A DNA stretch of 64,000 nt. Source: Gemmatimonadaceae bacterium. GTDB lineage: Bacteria; Latescibacterota; UBA2968; UBA8231. Both the position numbers and the translations under genes were made by a program. The notes below the pieces were generated by a model, which ran no database searches, was not told the DNA's origin, and was given only the letters and a program-made list of their open reading frames with translations. This document shows positions 1-7,661 of the stretch, piece by piece. The stretch spans positions 30,685 to 94,684 of the forward strand of contig JAPOZM010000108.1 of NCBI GenBank assembly GCA_026706075.1. Direction: 5' to 3'. Position 1 is the first letter of the stretch, and each line of letters starts with the position of its first letter.

Positions 1-190
1 GGTCCGTACCCATGAGCCTCCATCTGCCCGGCATGGAATCCCTGAGCCAGCGGATCATGGTCTTCATGGAGTCCCACCGGAAGCACGGTCGTTGGGCAGG
101 AAGTAGACCATCCGCACCGGGCGGGGCTCGACCAACCCCAGCTCTGCCGGCCTCTTGGCGTCGAAGCATGGGCAGGGCGAGAACGGTGTA
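1..190 (-). pseudogene. 5'-proximal fragment of a paralog of the giant metzincin/WD40 protein (2025-7514). The body runs off the window start. There is an apparent frameshift near nt 84 and the signal-peptide region is missing.
   Basis: Minus-strand translation gives DAKRPAELGLVEPRPVRMVYFLPNDR. After a frame change it gives PVGLHEDHDPLAQGFHAGQMEAHGYG. These are colinear with SAGKRLADRNAGEPRTVRMFYFLPNDRPVREE...GEQMEAHGYG of the 2025-7514 product. DNA 1-130 visibly aligns with about 7195-7330. There is an in-frame TGA at 64-66. Similarity stops about nt 190-212, where the IS remnant begins. Confidence 0.4.
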
Positions 191-299
191 AGGAATCCCC
201 CGATTTTCGCTCTTGAGGGACATCTACTTTCGCGCACCCCGCGATCCGTCGCTCGGCGCCATCCTTGGAGGAATCGTCCCTCGGCCAAGGGGGCCGGGC

Positions 300-717
300 A
301 TGACCAAGTTGCGGGAGGAAGATCTGGTGTGTGCGCAGGTCCTGACCGCCGAGTGCGGTCGCAGCGTTCGCTCCGCGGCCCAGGAGGTTGGGGGTCGCCG
401 AGAGCACCCTTCGCTACCGGCTCAAGCGTCGAACCGAGGCGACGGAGGACGGTCGCCGGTGCCAACCGGAGGCCTGTTCGGCCCATGACGGGGTGATTCA
501 GACGTGGATCCAGGGACAGCAAGAGCGCCTGCAAGAGGGCCAGCGGCCGGAGCCGGTGCGGGCCCTCTACGACACCTTGGTCCGCGAGCACGGCTACCGG
601 GGGACCTACAAGGCGGTGGCCCGCTATGTGCGCCGTCGCCGGCCGCCGCCGAAGGTGCGGCCCCTGCGTCGGGTGGAAGTGCGGCCGGGCAGCCAGGCGC
701 AGGTGGAGTTGGACTGA
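300..717 (+). mobile_element. IS21-family transposase (IstA) N-terminal remnant. It is frameshifted and lacks the DDE core and istB.
   Basis: Frame 300-398 reads MTKLREEDLVCAQVLTAECGRSVRSAAQEVG. Frame 388-717 reads (L)GVAESTLRYRLKRR...LVREHGYRGTYKAVARYVRRRRPPP...VEVRPGSQAQVELD*. This is the HTH plus G-Y-x-G-x-Y-x-x-V-x-R-Y-V plus PG-x-QAQV(D-W) pattern typical of IstA N-termini. The frames switch in the G5 run at about 392-396. A stop follows immediately after QAQVELD, and nothing transposase-like follows. Confidence 0.6.
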
Positions 718-934
718 GCGGGGAAGCAGCTCCTGAGGAGGAGCACCCCTCTCCCCGATGGAACCTGTCCGGCACTCGGCGAAGTCCACCGCCGAGCACG
801 TTGCGGACAGCCTCCTCGCCGCTGTCAGCGCAGCGCCTGATCGCGAAGATCTACTCGTAAGGCTCAAGGGGAATCCGAACGCCCAAGCCCAACTCATCGA
901 CCGCATGAAGCACTCTGCTCCGCATCGCATCTGA

Positions 935-1840
935 TCATCCCGGCAAGTCTTGGAAGCTGGCCTTGATCTGACCCCAACTGGTATGCTCGATGCTCGTCCA
1001 GTAGTCACTAAGAGGCAGCAAGATCCAGTCGGAGACTGCCGTAGATTCTCCTTCCCAATTAGGGTAACGAGTAGGGGTTATCCAGACCGTGTTGTGGCCC
1101 TGGCGATCAGGTTCATCAATGTCACAGATGGAAACAGCCATGCCGATGATCTGGCCCTCCGACAAGGGGGCGACCACGCTCTCCTCGGGCGACTCGTGAA
1201 CCAGGGTGTTGAAGTAGACAGACCACCACTCGGTGGTCAGCGTCACCTCGGTGCCGTGCTCGCCCTCCAGGATGTAGGAGCCAGGACAGCAGGAATAGGG
1301 CTCTTTGTCATGCCAGGTGGCGGAACTCGTCCACATCCAGTTCCAGGCGTGGGCCCCGTCACCGATAGGCGGCCACCGCCACAGTCCTATCTGGACGTCC
1401 CTGCCGGTGGACAAGTCGGAAGAGTAGATTGCTCTCTCTCCACCGTGGTCGGCGTCCAGGAAGATCTCGACAGCATCATCGCCACCACAGGTGACGGGAG
1501 GCTCGGCCCCGTCGCGCTCGAATACATCGTCATGCCGCTCCTGGGCGAAATAGAGACGGTCGTGCTCGTCGTTCCAGGAGACAGCTAGGCGGACGGTAAG
1601 GTCCGAGGCGTCGCCCGCGGGGCCATCCATTTGGAAAAGAGGATAGCCGCTGTCGTCCAGGCTGGTGAGAGGATCCAGCCACAGATAGTCGGGAACGACC
1701 TCCCATTCGCTAAGGTCGCCGTCCATGACAGGCAGAGTATGAGAAGGCCACTGCCAGACTCCGAAGACGCTGTCCAGAGGAATGTGGGCCTGAGCCCGGC
1801 CCAGGCCCATCATCGCTGCTACAATGAGGAGTCTTCCCAT
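935..1840 (-). CDS. Secreted protein with a carbohydrate-binding family 9 (CBM9/DOMON-like) domain.
   Basis: ATG at 1838-1840 is preceded by GGGAGGG. The signal peptide is MGRLLIVAAMMGLGRAQA. Motifs DGDLSEWE, SWNDEHDRLYFA and DDAVEIFLDADHGG match the CBM9-like pattern (DG-x-l-x-EW, LYfa, D-x-vEifLD). GC is lower than in the neighbouring genes. Confidence 0.6.
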   Translation of the reverse strand: MGRLLIVAAMMGLGRAQAHIPLDSVFGVWQWPSHTLPVMDGDLSEWEVVPDYLWLDPLTSLDDSGYPLFQMDGPAGDASDLTVRLAVSWNDEHDRLYFAQERHDDVFERDGAEPPVTCGGDDAVEIFLDADHGGERAIYSSDLSTGRDVQIGLWRWPPIGDGAHAWNWMWTSSATWHDKEPYSCCPGSYILEGEHGTEVTLTTEWWSVYFNTLVHESPEESVVAPLSEGQIIGMAVSICDIDEPDRQGHNTVWITPTRYPNWEGESTAVSDWILLPLSDYWTSIEHTSWGQIKASFQDLPG

Positions 1841-1879
1841 GGTAATCCCTCCCTGAGAGCAGGCGCCTCGCAATGTTGG

Positions 1880-2024
1880 CCGGAAGCCCCTGGTCCATGG
1901 TATACCGGCGTGCCTTCCTGGAGCCCAGGTCGACCGAGAACAGCCCGCTGGAGGTCCCGACCCAGAGCCGGCCCTCGTATACCTTGTCCAGAACAGCCGA
2001 TTGCCCGATGCCTAAAGTCCTCTC
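1880..2024 (-). pseudogene. Orphan remnant of a two-component-regulator-propeller (Reg_prop-like) repeat, with no start codon.
   Basis: Minus-strand translation reads LGIGQSAVLDKVYEGRLWVGTSSGLFSVDLGSRKARRYTMDQGLPANI. This matches the Reg_prop repeat signature (lWvGT..GL...d.......y....GL..n.i). It sits in the gap between two unrelated genes, and downstream it runs into the 935-1840 gene in another frame. Confidence 0.35.
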
Positions 2025-5000
2025 TCAGCGCAGCAGGGTGAGCTTGCGCGTGTGCACCCCCTGGGCGGTCACCAGTCGATAGAGGTAGACGCCGCTGGCC
2101 AAGTGGCGGCCCTGGTCGTCGCGGCCGTCCCAGCGCCGCTGGTGGAAGCCGGCCTTGTGCGGGCCCTCGTGCAGCACGGCCACCCGCTGGCCGGTCAGCG
2201 CGTAGACCTCCAGGCGAGCCCGGCCGTCCTGCAGCAGGAACCAGGAGATGACGGTCTGGCTGTTGAAGGGATTGGGCGCGTTCTGTTGCAGTTGCGGGCC
2301 ATCGGGCAGGCCGATCCGCTCCCGGGCCAGGGCCAGCAGCTTGGCCCGCGCCGGCTGGCCGAAGCTCTCGGCGAAGAGGAAGAAGTCGGCGAAGTCCACC
2401 GACCCGCTGTTGTCCAGGTCGAAGCGGGGATCGCTGTCGCCGAAGGCCTCGGCGAAGAGGAAGAAGTCCTCGAAGCCGGTCACGCCGTCGCCGTCGAAGT
2501 CTGGGGACGGACGCGCCGTGGCCGTGAAGGCCACCGGCTCCAGATCGGCCACGACGACCTCCACGGTGCTGGCCCCCGGCTCCCCGCTCAGGGTCAGGGC
2601 GATCGAAGCGAGGCCCGAGGCATCGGTCGTGTCCGTGGTGGAGGAGAGGGTCCCCTGGCCGTCGGTGAGCGTGAAGGTGACCGGGGCCCCTGGCAAAGGG
2701 GAGCCGTTCTGGTCGCGCACGGACACCACCAGGGAGTCCGCCAACCCGGTGCCGACCGTGCCATGCTGCAGATCGCCGCGGACCTTGGTCAGGGTCCGGG
2801 GAACGGCGCGCCCCATGGCCCTGAAGGTCACGGGGTCGAGGCCGGCCACGGTCACCACAACGGTGTTGGCCCCGGGTTGGGAGCCCAGGGTCAGGGCGGT
2901 GGAGGCGAGGCCGTTGGCGTCGGTGGTGGCGGTGCTCACGGAGAGGGCCCCCTCGCCGGTGGTGACAAGGAAGGAGACGACCGTGCCGGCCAGAGGCGCT
3001 CCCGTCTGGTCGAGGACGGAGACGACAAGGGGGCTCTGCAGGGGCTCTCCGGCCGGCGCCTCCTGTTCGAGGCCCCTGACCCTCGTCAGGGTCCAGGGAA
3101 CCGCCAGGGTCGTGGCCGTGAAGGTTACGGGATCGACCCCGTCCACCGTGACCTCGACGGTGGTCGGGCCGGGCGCGTTGCTCAAGGTCAGGGTGGTCGA
3201 GGCCTGGCCGCGGGAGTTGGTCGTCGTGCTCTCCACGGAGAGGGTTCCGTCACCGGAGGCGACTGCAAAGGTGACCTCAACGTCCTTCAACCACGCGCCG
3301 TCCTGGTCCCTTACCTCTATGACAAAGGCCTCGTCCAGGGCGAGCCCGGGCCGCCCGTCCTGCTCATCGCCGGAGAGCCTGGTCAGGCTCGTGGGATGGG
3401 GCAGGATCCGTCGCATGTCCCATACAAGCACTGCCCCGGACCCCACCACCGAAACGAAAATCGGCTGGTCGCGCGAGAAGGCCAGGAGGCCACCTGCACC
3501 CCGCACGGAGGCGATGCTCTCCTGTGTCTCGATGTCCCACACCTCGACCCCACCCCTATTGCCCTCGAAGTAGAGTCTCCTTCCATCGGGGGAGAACGTT
3601 GCGGGGCCGTAGCGGCCCCTTATCTGGTCATTGGAGACGGTGGCGAGACGGGTGGCCGTCGCCACGTTCCACAACTCGACCCTGCCTCCCCAATCCCCCC
3701 CTGCAGCAATTGGCGTCCCGTCAGGGGAAAACCCCACAGCGAGAAGGAAATCCACCGGCAGCTCAAGGGTGGCTGTCTCGTCGCCCGTGGCCACGTCCCA
3801 CAACTTGACCAATGGAGCCGTCCCGAATCCCGTCCCTTCCCCCGAAGCAAGGGTACTTCCATCGGGCGAAAACGCCACCGTTTCGACCTTGTCCGTGTGC
3901 CCATCGAGGATCCATCGGCTGTCCCCCGTCGCCGTGTTCCACAGTGTGACCGTTCCACTGCCATGACCCGAACCGACCATCGTCCCGTCGGGCGAAAAGG
4001 CGACGACGTTGACCCAGCTCCGGAATGCATGCGACTCGAAGGTGAGTGTGTTGGTGCCCGTGGCCAGATCCCAGAGCTTGATCGCCGCATCCGAGTCCCC
4101 CGAAGCAAGGGTTGTCCCATCGTGGGAGAAGGCCACGGTATTGAGCCGCAGGGTGTGTACTTCAAGAGTGGCGGTATTCCTGGCCATCGCTACATCCCAC
4201 AGGTCGATCCTTCCCGACTCGAAGGCAGAGGCGACTGTCTTCCCATCGGGCGAGAGGGCCACGGAACTGAGCCAACCCCGGTGCTCCCTCGTAAGGGTGG
4301 CGGCATCACCCGTGGCCAGATCCCACAGCAGAATCGAGCCATCATGGGATCCGGAGGCAACGGTCCTGTCGTCGGGCGCAAAGGCTACAGACCGGACCCG
4401 GGATCCGTGTCCTTCGAGAGTGGCGGTGTTGGCACCTGTCGCCACGTCCCAGAGCCTGACGGAATTGTCTGCCGCCGCCGCCCCGGAAACGAGGGTTCTG
4501 CCATCGGCGGAAAAGACCACGCTCATGACCCAACTTGTGTGCCCCTCGAGAGTGGCGGTTTCGGTGCCCGTCGCCACGTCCCAGAGTTTGATCGTGCGGT
4601 CCTTTGATGCGGAGGCAAGCACTGTCCCATCGGGCGAAAACGCCAGGGACTCGATCACGTCCTTGTGTCCTGACAGGGTGAAGATGCGACTGCCCGCAGC
4701 CACGTCCCAGAGTCCGACCGTACCTTCTGTGGTCTCGGTAGCGAGGATGGTTCCGTCAGGAGAAAAAGCAGCACGGCTGGCCATGGCCAGGCCTGTGATC
4801 TTCGCGGTATTGCCACCCGTGGCCGTATCCCAGAGGCTGATATTGCCGCTTCCCCCGGCGGCGAGGGTTGTGCCGTCAGGGGAAAACCACAGCGCGCCGA
4901 CCCAACGTTCATGTCCTCCAGGGATGGTGACGACTTGGTCTCCCGACTCCATGTCCCACAGACTGATCGTGCCCTCGCCTGCACCCGTGGCGAGAGTCCT

Positions 5001-7514
5001 GCCGTCGGCCGAGTAGGCCACGGAAGTGGCCCCCGCCGCAAGCAGTGCGTGCGGACGGAAGGTCGCCACATCGTAGAGCCAGATACCGATACCGCTGATG
5101 GCAGTGAGGTACCGACCGTCCGGGGAAAGGGAGACGGCCCTTTCAATCGAACTGAGGCTCCCCCTTCCGAACCGCACGACTGCACCCTCGGGTAGATGCC
5201 ATGTGTGGAAGTCACCCTCCATACCGGATACCTCGCTTCGGCTTCCGGTTGCACTGAACGTCACGATCTCGAGCCCGGCAATCATGGCCTCCACGGTGTT
5301 GGCTCCCGGCTCCGGCCCGAGTGTGAGGGACATCTCCGCCCGGCCGCCGGCGTCTGTCCTCACCCTTCTGAGAGTAAACCTGCCGCCGAAGTGGCCGTCG
5401 CCGTCGCTGACGGCAAAGGTGACCTCAACCCCCGGGAGCGGGTTGTCGTACTGGTCTCTCACCTCGAGGACCAACGGGTCATCCAGTTGAGCGCCTGCCG
5501 GGCCCACCTGAGTGTCTCCCGCAATGACGACCAGCCTCTTGGGGCGGGGCTGGAGCCACTCTGCCATGTCCCACAGTTCGATCGCGACATCCGACCCGGC
5601 GGCGAGGACACGGCCATCGGGCGAAAAGGCCAGGGAACTGGCGCCCTTGGCCGGCGCCCGGAGGGTGGCCAGGTTGCGGCCTCCCCCAACGTCCCAGAGC
5701 TGGACATCCCCCTGGCTCCCCCCGGAAGCGAGCAGGGTCCCATCGGGCGAGAAGACCACCGAGCTGACAGGCCGGTCGAGTCCCCCGAGGACGCTCACGC
5801 TTTCCCCCGTGGACGCATTCCACAGCCGGACCGTCGCATCATTGGACCCGGAAGCGAGGATCCTGCCGTCGGGCGAGAAGGCCACCGCATTGATGTCCGG
5901 GCCCCAGCCGTAACCCCCCGTATGCTGGACGACCGCGGTACTGGCCTGCGCCGCCATGTCCCACAGGGTGACCTGATCGCCATCGGCAGCGGCGAGGATG
6001 CCGTCCGCGGAAACGGCCACCGTGGAGGCTCCGGCCGGCAAGGTGGCCGTACGGGTGCGTGTGGTCATGTCCCACAACCAGATCTCATCGGGGTACGCGG
6101 CGGCGAGGACCGCGCCGTCGGGGGAAAAGGCCAAGGAGTGGGTCCGGGTCCCAGGTCCCTGGAGGGTGGCGAGGAACTGGCCCGTCACGGGGTTCCACAA
6201 ATCGATGTCCCGCGATGCGGCGGCGAGGGTTGGGCTGCCGGGTGAGAGGGCCAGGGCGTTGGTCCCGCCGGACAAGGGGGTTGAGGTCTGCCCGTCGATG
6301 TCCCACAGGCTGATCGCACTGAGGGAGGCCGAGGCCAGGGTGCCGTCGGCTGCAAAGGCCAAGGAGTGCACGCGGCCTGACTCCAAAGTGGAGACATGCT
6401 GCGGAGAGACCTCCCATAGATGGAACTGCAGTTGACTGGTGTTCCCGTCCTTGTCGCTGGCCAGAGCATGGATCGAATGCACGGGCGGATCGGAGAGATC
6501 GTACAGATCATAGACCGCACCCGATGGAATCACACCGTCATAGGCGAACTCGACAACGCTCTCCTTCTCACTCGTCAGTCCCTGGCAACTCTTCAGCTCC
6601 GTGCCACCGGCACCTATCGTGTGTGTCCATCTCGTGGGAACGATCAGCCTTACCTGGTGGAGCCCGTCAGCGTCGCCGACCCTGAGCCGAACAGGGACGC
6701 TCTCAGACCCTGCTGGATAGCCAGGTGAGGAGATGACCTCGATGGCCGGGGGCTGATCTTCCTCCACTCCAATCTCGGGGTTGAGATACGAGTGCACGGC
6801 CAGATGGGTGGCAGCACATGCGGACAGAGCCCTCCGAGCCTCCTGTCCATAGGACATGATGTAGGCATTGTCGTGGAAGTTGTGAGCCAGTCCGAACACG
6901 TGGCCGAGTTCATGGGCCGTCGTCTGCCAGGAAGCTCCTGCCGATACCACCGCGGCACCACTCTGCTTCGACCACCGGGCGGCCTTCCCCCAGGCGGATC
7001 TGCTGATCCGGTCTGAGAGATTGTCGATGACGAGAATACTGATATTCCTCGATAGATCGAATGTCTGAGCAATCTCTTCGTACATCGAGGAGAATGTACC
7101 GTCGAGATAGTGGCTGTCCGGGTGTTGGCCGTCCACGCGGTGGACCACGGGCTCGCCAGTGTCGTCGGTCTCATAGTCAAAGGTCTTGTAGCCGTATCCG
7201 TGAGCCTCCATCTGCTCGCCGTAGAAGGCTTGGATCGTAAGGATCTCATCCTTCATCTTCTGGATGACTTCCTCGCGGACAGGGCGGTCATTGGGCAGGA
7301 AGTAGAACATCCGCACCGTGCGGGGCTCGCCGGCGTTCCGGTCCGCCAGTCGCTTTCCCGCGCTTTGGATCTCGAGGTCCTGCAGCTCGAGATCGAGGAC
7401 CTGGCAGAAGTGCAAGCTGTCTGGGGGAGGGACGGTTGCCTGGACCACCGAGGCCGGCCGGGAGATCAAGCCAAGCAAGGCAAGACAGGCCAGGTGATGA
7501 ACGGCAGGTTTCAT
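2025..7514 (-). CDS. Giant secreted multidomain protein (1829 aa). It combines a metzincin-type Zn-metalloprotease domain, 7 WD40 repeats, a Big_1-like Ig domain, 14 more WD40 repeats, about three Big_1-like Ig domains, a dockerin/EF-hand-like pair, and a C-terminal T9SS/FlgD-Ig-type sorting domain.
   Basis: ATG at 7512-7514 follows AGGAG. The signal peptide is MKPAVHHLACLALLGLISRPASVVQA. HELGHVFGLAHNF (nt 6900-6914 encode HELGH) plus IMSYG gives HExxHxxGxxH with a Met-turn. I counted 21 hand-counted xLW(D/N) WD40 ends with SPDG cores. VTFAVSDGDG and VTFTLTDGQG are Big_1-like units. DFDGDGVTGFEDFFLFAEAFG and DLDNSGSVDFADFFLFAESFG form the dockerin-like pair. The C-terminus reads NAPNPFNSQTVISWFL...GVYLYRLVTAQGVHTRKLTLLR. 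Confidence 0.85.
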   Translation of the reverse strand: MKPAVHHLACLALLGLISRPASVVQATVPPPDSLHFCQVLDLELQDLEIQSAGKRLADRNAGEPRTVRMFYFLPNDRPVREEVIQKMKDEILTIQAFYGEQMEAHGYGYKTFDYETDDTGEPVVHRVDGQHPDSHYLDGTFSSMYEEIAQTFDLSRNISILVIDNLSDRISRSAWGKAARWSKQSGAAVVSAGASWQTTAHELGHVFGLAHNFHDNAYIMSYGQEARRALSACAATHLAVHSYLNPEIGVEEDQPPAIEVISSPGYPAGSESVPVRLRVGDADGLHQVRLIVPTRWTHTIGAGGTELKSCQGLTSEKESVVEFAYDGVIPSGAVYDLYDLSDPPVHSIHALASDKDGNTSQLQFHLWEVSPQHVSTLESGRVHSLAFAADGTLASASLSAISLWDIDGQTSTPLSGGTNALALSPGSPTLAAASRDIDLWNPVTGQFLATLQGPGTRTHSLAFSPDGAVLAAAYPDEIWLWDMTTRTRTATLPAGASTVAVSADGILAAADGDQVTLWDMAAQASTAVVQHTGGYGWGPDINAVAFSPDGRILASGSNDATVRLWNASTGESVSVLGGLDRPVSSVVFSPDGTLLASGGSQGDVQLWDVGGGRNLATLRAPAKGASSLAFSPDGRVLAAGSDVAIELWDMAEWLQPRPKRLVVIAGDTQVGPAGAQLDDPLVLEVRDQYDNPLPGVEVTFAVSDGDGHFGGRFTLRRVRTDAGGRAEMSLTLGPEPGANTVEAMIAGLEIVTFSATGSRSEVSGMEGDFHTWHLPEGAVVRFGRGSLSSIERAVSLSPDGRYLTAISGIGIWLYDVATFRPHALLAAGATSVAYSADGRTLATGAGEGTISLWDMESGDQVVTIPGGHERWVGALWFSPDGTTLAAGGSGNISLWDTATGGNTAKITGLAMASRAAFSPDGTILATETTEGTVGLWDVAAGSRIFTLSGHKDVIESLAFSPDGTVLASASKDRTIKLWDVATGTETATLEGHTSWVMSVVFSADGRTLVSGAAAADNSVRLWDVATGANTATLEGHGSRVRSVAFAPDDRTVASGSHDGSILLWDLATGDAATLTREHRGWLSSVALSPDGKTVASAFESGRIDLWDVAMARNTATLEVHTLRLNTVAFSHDGTTLASGDSDAAIKLWDLATGTNTLTFESHAFRSWVNVVAFSPDGTMVGSGHGSGTVTLWNTATGDSRWILDGHTDKVETVAFSPDGSTLASGEGTGFGTAPLVKLWDVATGDETATLELPVDFLLAVGFSPDGTPIAAGGDWGGRVELWNVATATRLATVSNDQIRGRYGPATFSPDGRRLYFEGNRGGVEVWDIETQESIASVRGAGGLLAFSRDQPIFVSVVGSGAVLVWDMRRILPHPTSLTRLSGDEQDGRPGLALDEAFVIEVRDQDGAWLKDVEVTFAVASGDGTLSVESTTTNSRGQASTTLTLSNAPGPTTVEVTVDGVDPVTFTATTLAVPWTLTRVRGLEQEAPAGEPLQSPLVVSVLDQTGAPLAGTVVSFLVTTGEGALSVSTATTDANGLASTALTLGSQPGANTVVVTVAGLDPVTFRAMGRAVPRTLTKVRGDLQHGTVGTGLADSLVVSVRDQNGSPLPGAPVTFTLTDGQGTLSSTTDTTDASGLASIALTLSGEPGASTVEVVVADLEPVAFTATARPSPDFDGDGVTGFEDFFLFAEAFGDSDPRFDLDNSGSVDFADFFLFAESFGQPARAKLLALARERIGLPDGPQLQQNAPNPFNSQTVISWFLLQDGRARLEVYALTGQRVAVLHEGPHKAGFHQRRWDGRDDQGRHLASGVYLYRLVTAQGVHTRKLTLLR

Positions 7515-7661
7515 GATCCGGGCTCCTGGTTGTGGCGATTCGGACTCCGCGGTGGCGGAACGTGTCAATCTTGAGGCGCGCATTCGATGGTGTTCGGAGG
7601 CGGGTTGATCCACACTTCGGCCGGGACGCCTGCGCGCCACTGTAGAAGCCGGGCAACAAGG

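Noticed and set aside
758-934. 58-codon plus-strand ORF (MEPVRHSAKSTAEHVADSLLAAVSAAPDREDLLVRLKGNPNAQAQLIDRMKHSAPHRI) ending in the TGATCA junction with the CBM9-like gene.
   Set aside because: The composition looks plausible and the stop junction is intriguing. However, there is no Shine-Dalgarno sequence, no homology I can recall, and it lies in a decayed IS-associated zone. The evidence is too weak to call a gene.
2052-4607. Very long ORFs antisense to, or out of frame with, the giant protein genes. Examples are 2052-4607 +, 5196-6245 +, 7587-8789 +, 8317-9687 -, 10029-11015 + and 14391-17951 + (1186 aa).
   Set aside because: Their translations are Arg/Gly/Pro/Ala/His-rich low-complexity strings typical of shadow frames in about 70% GC DNA. 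They have no recognisable motifs. They completely overlap CDSs that carry strong domain signatures on the other strand or frame.
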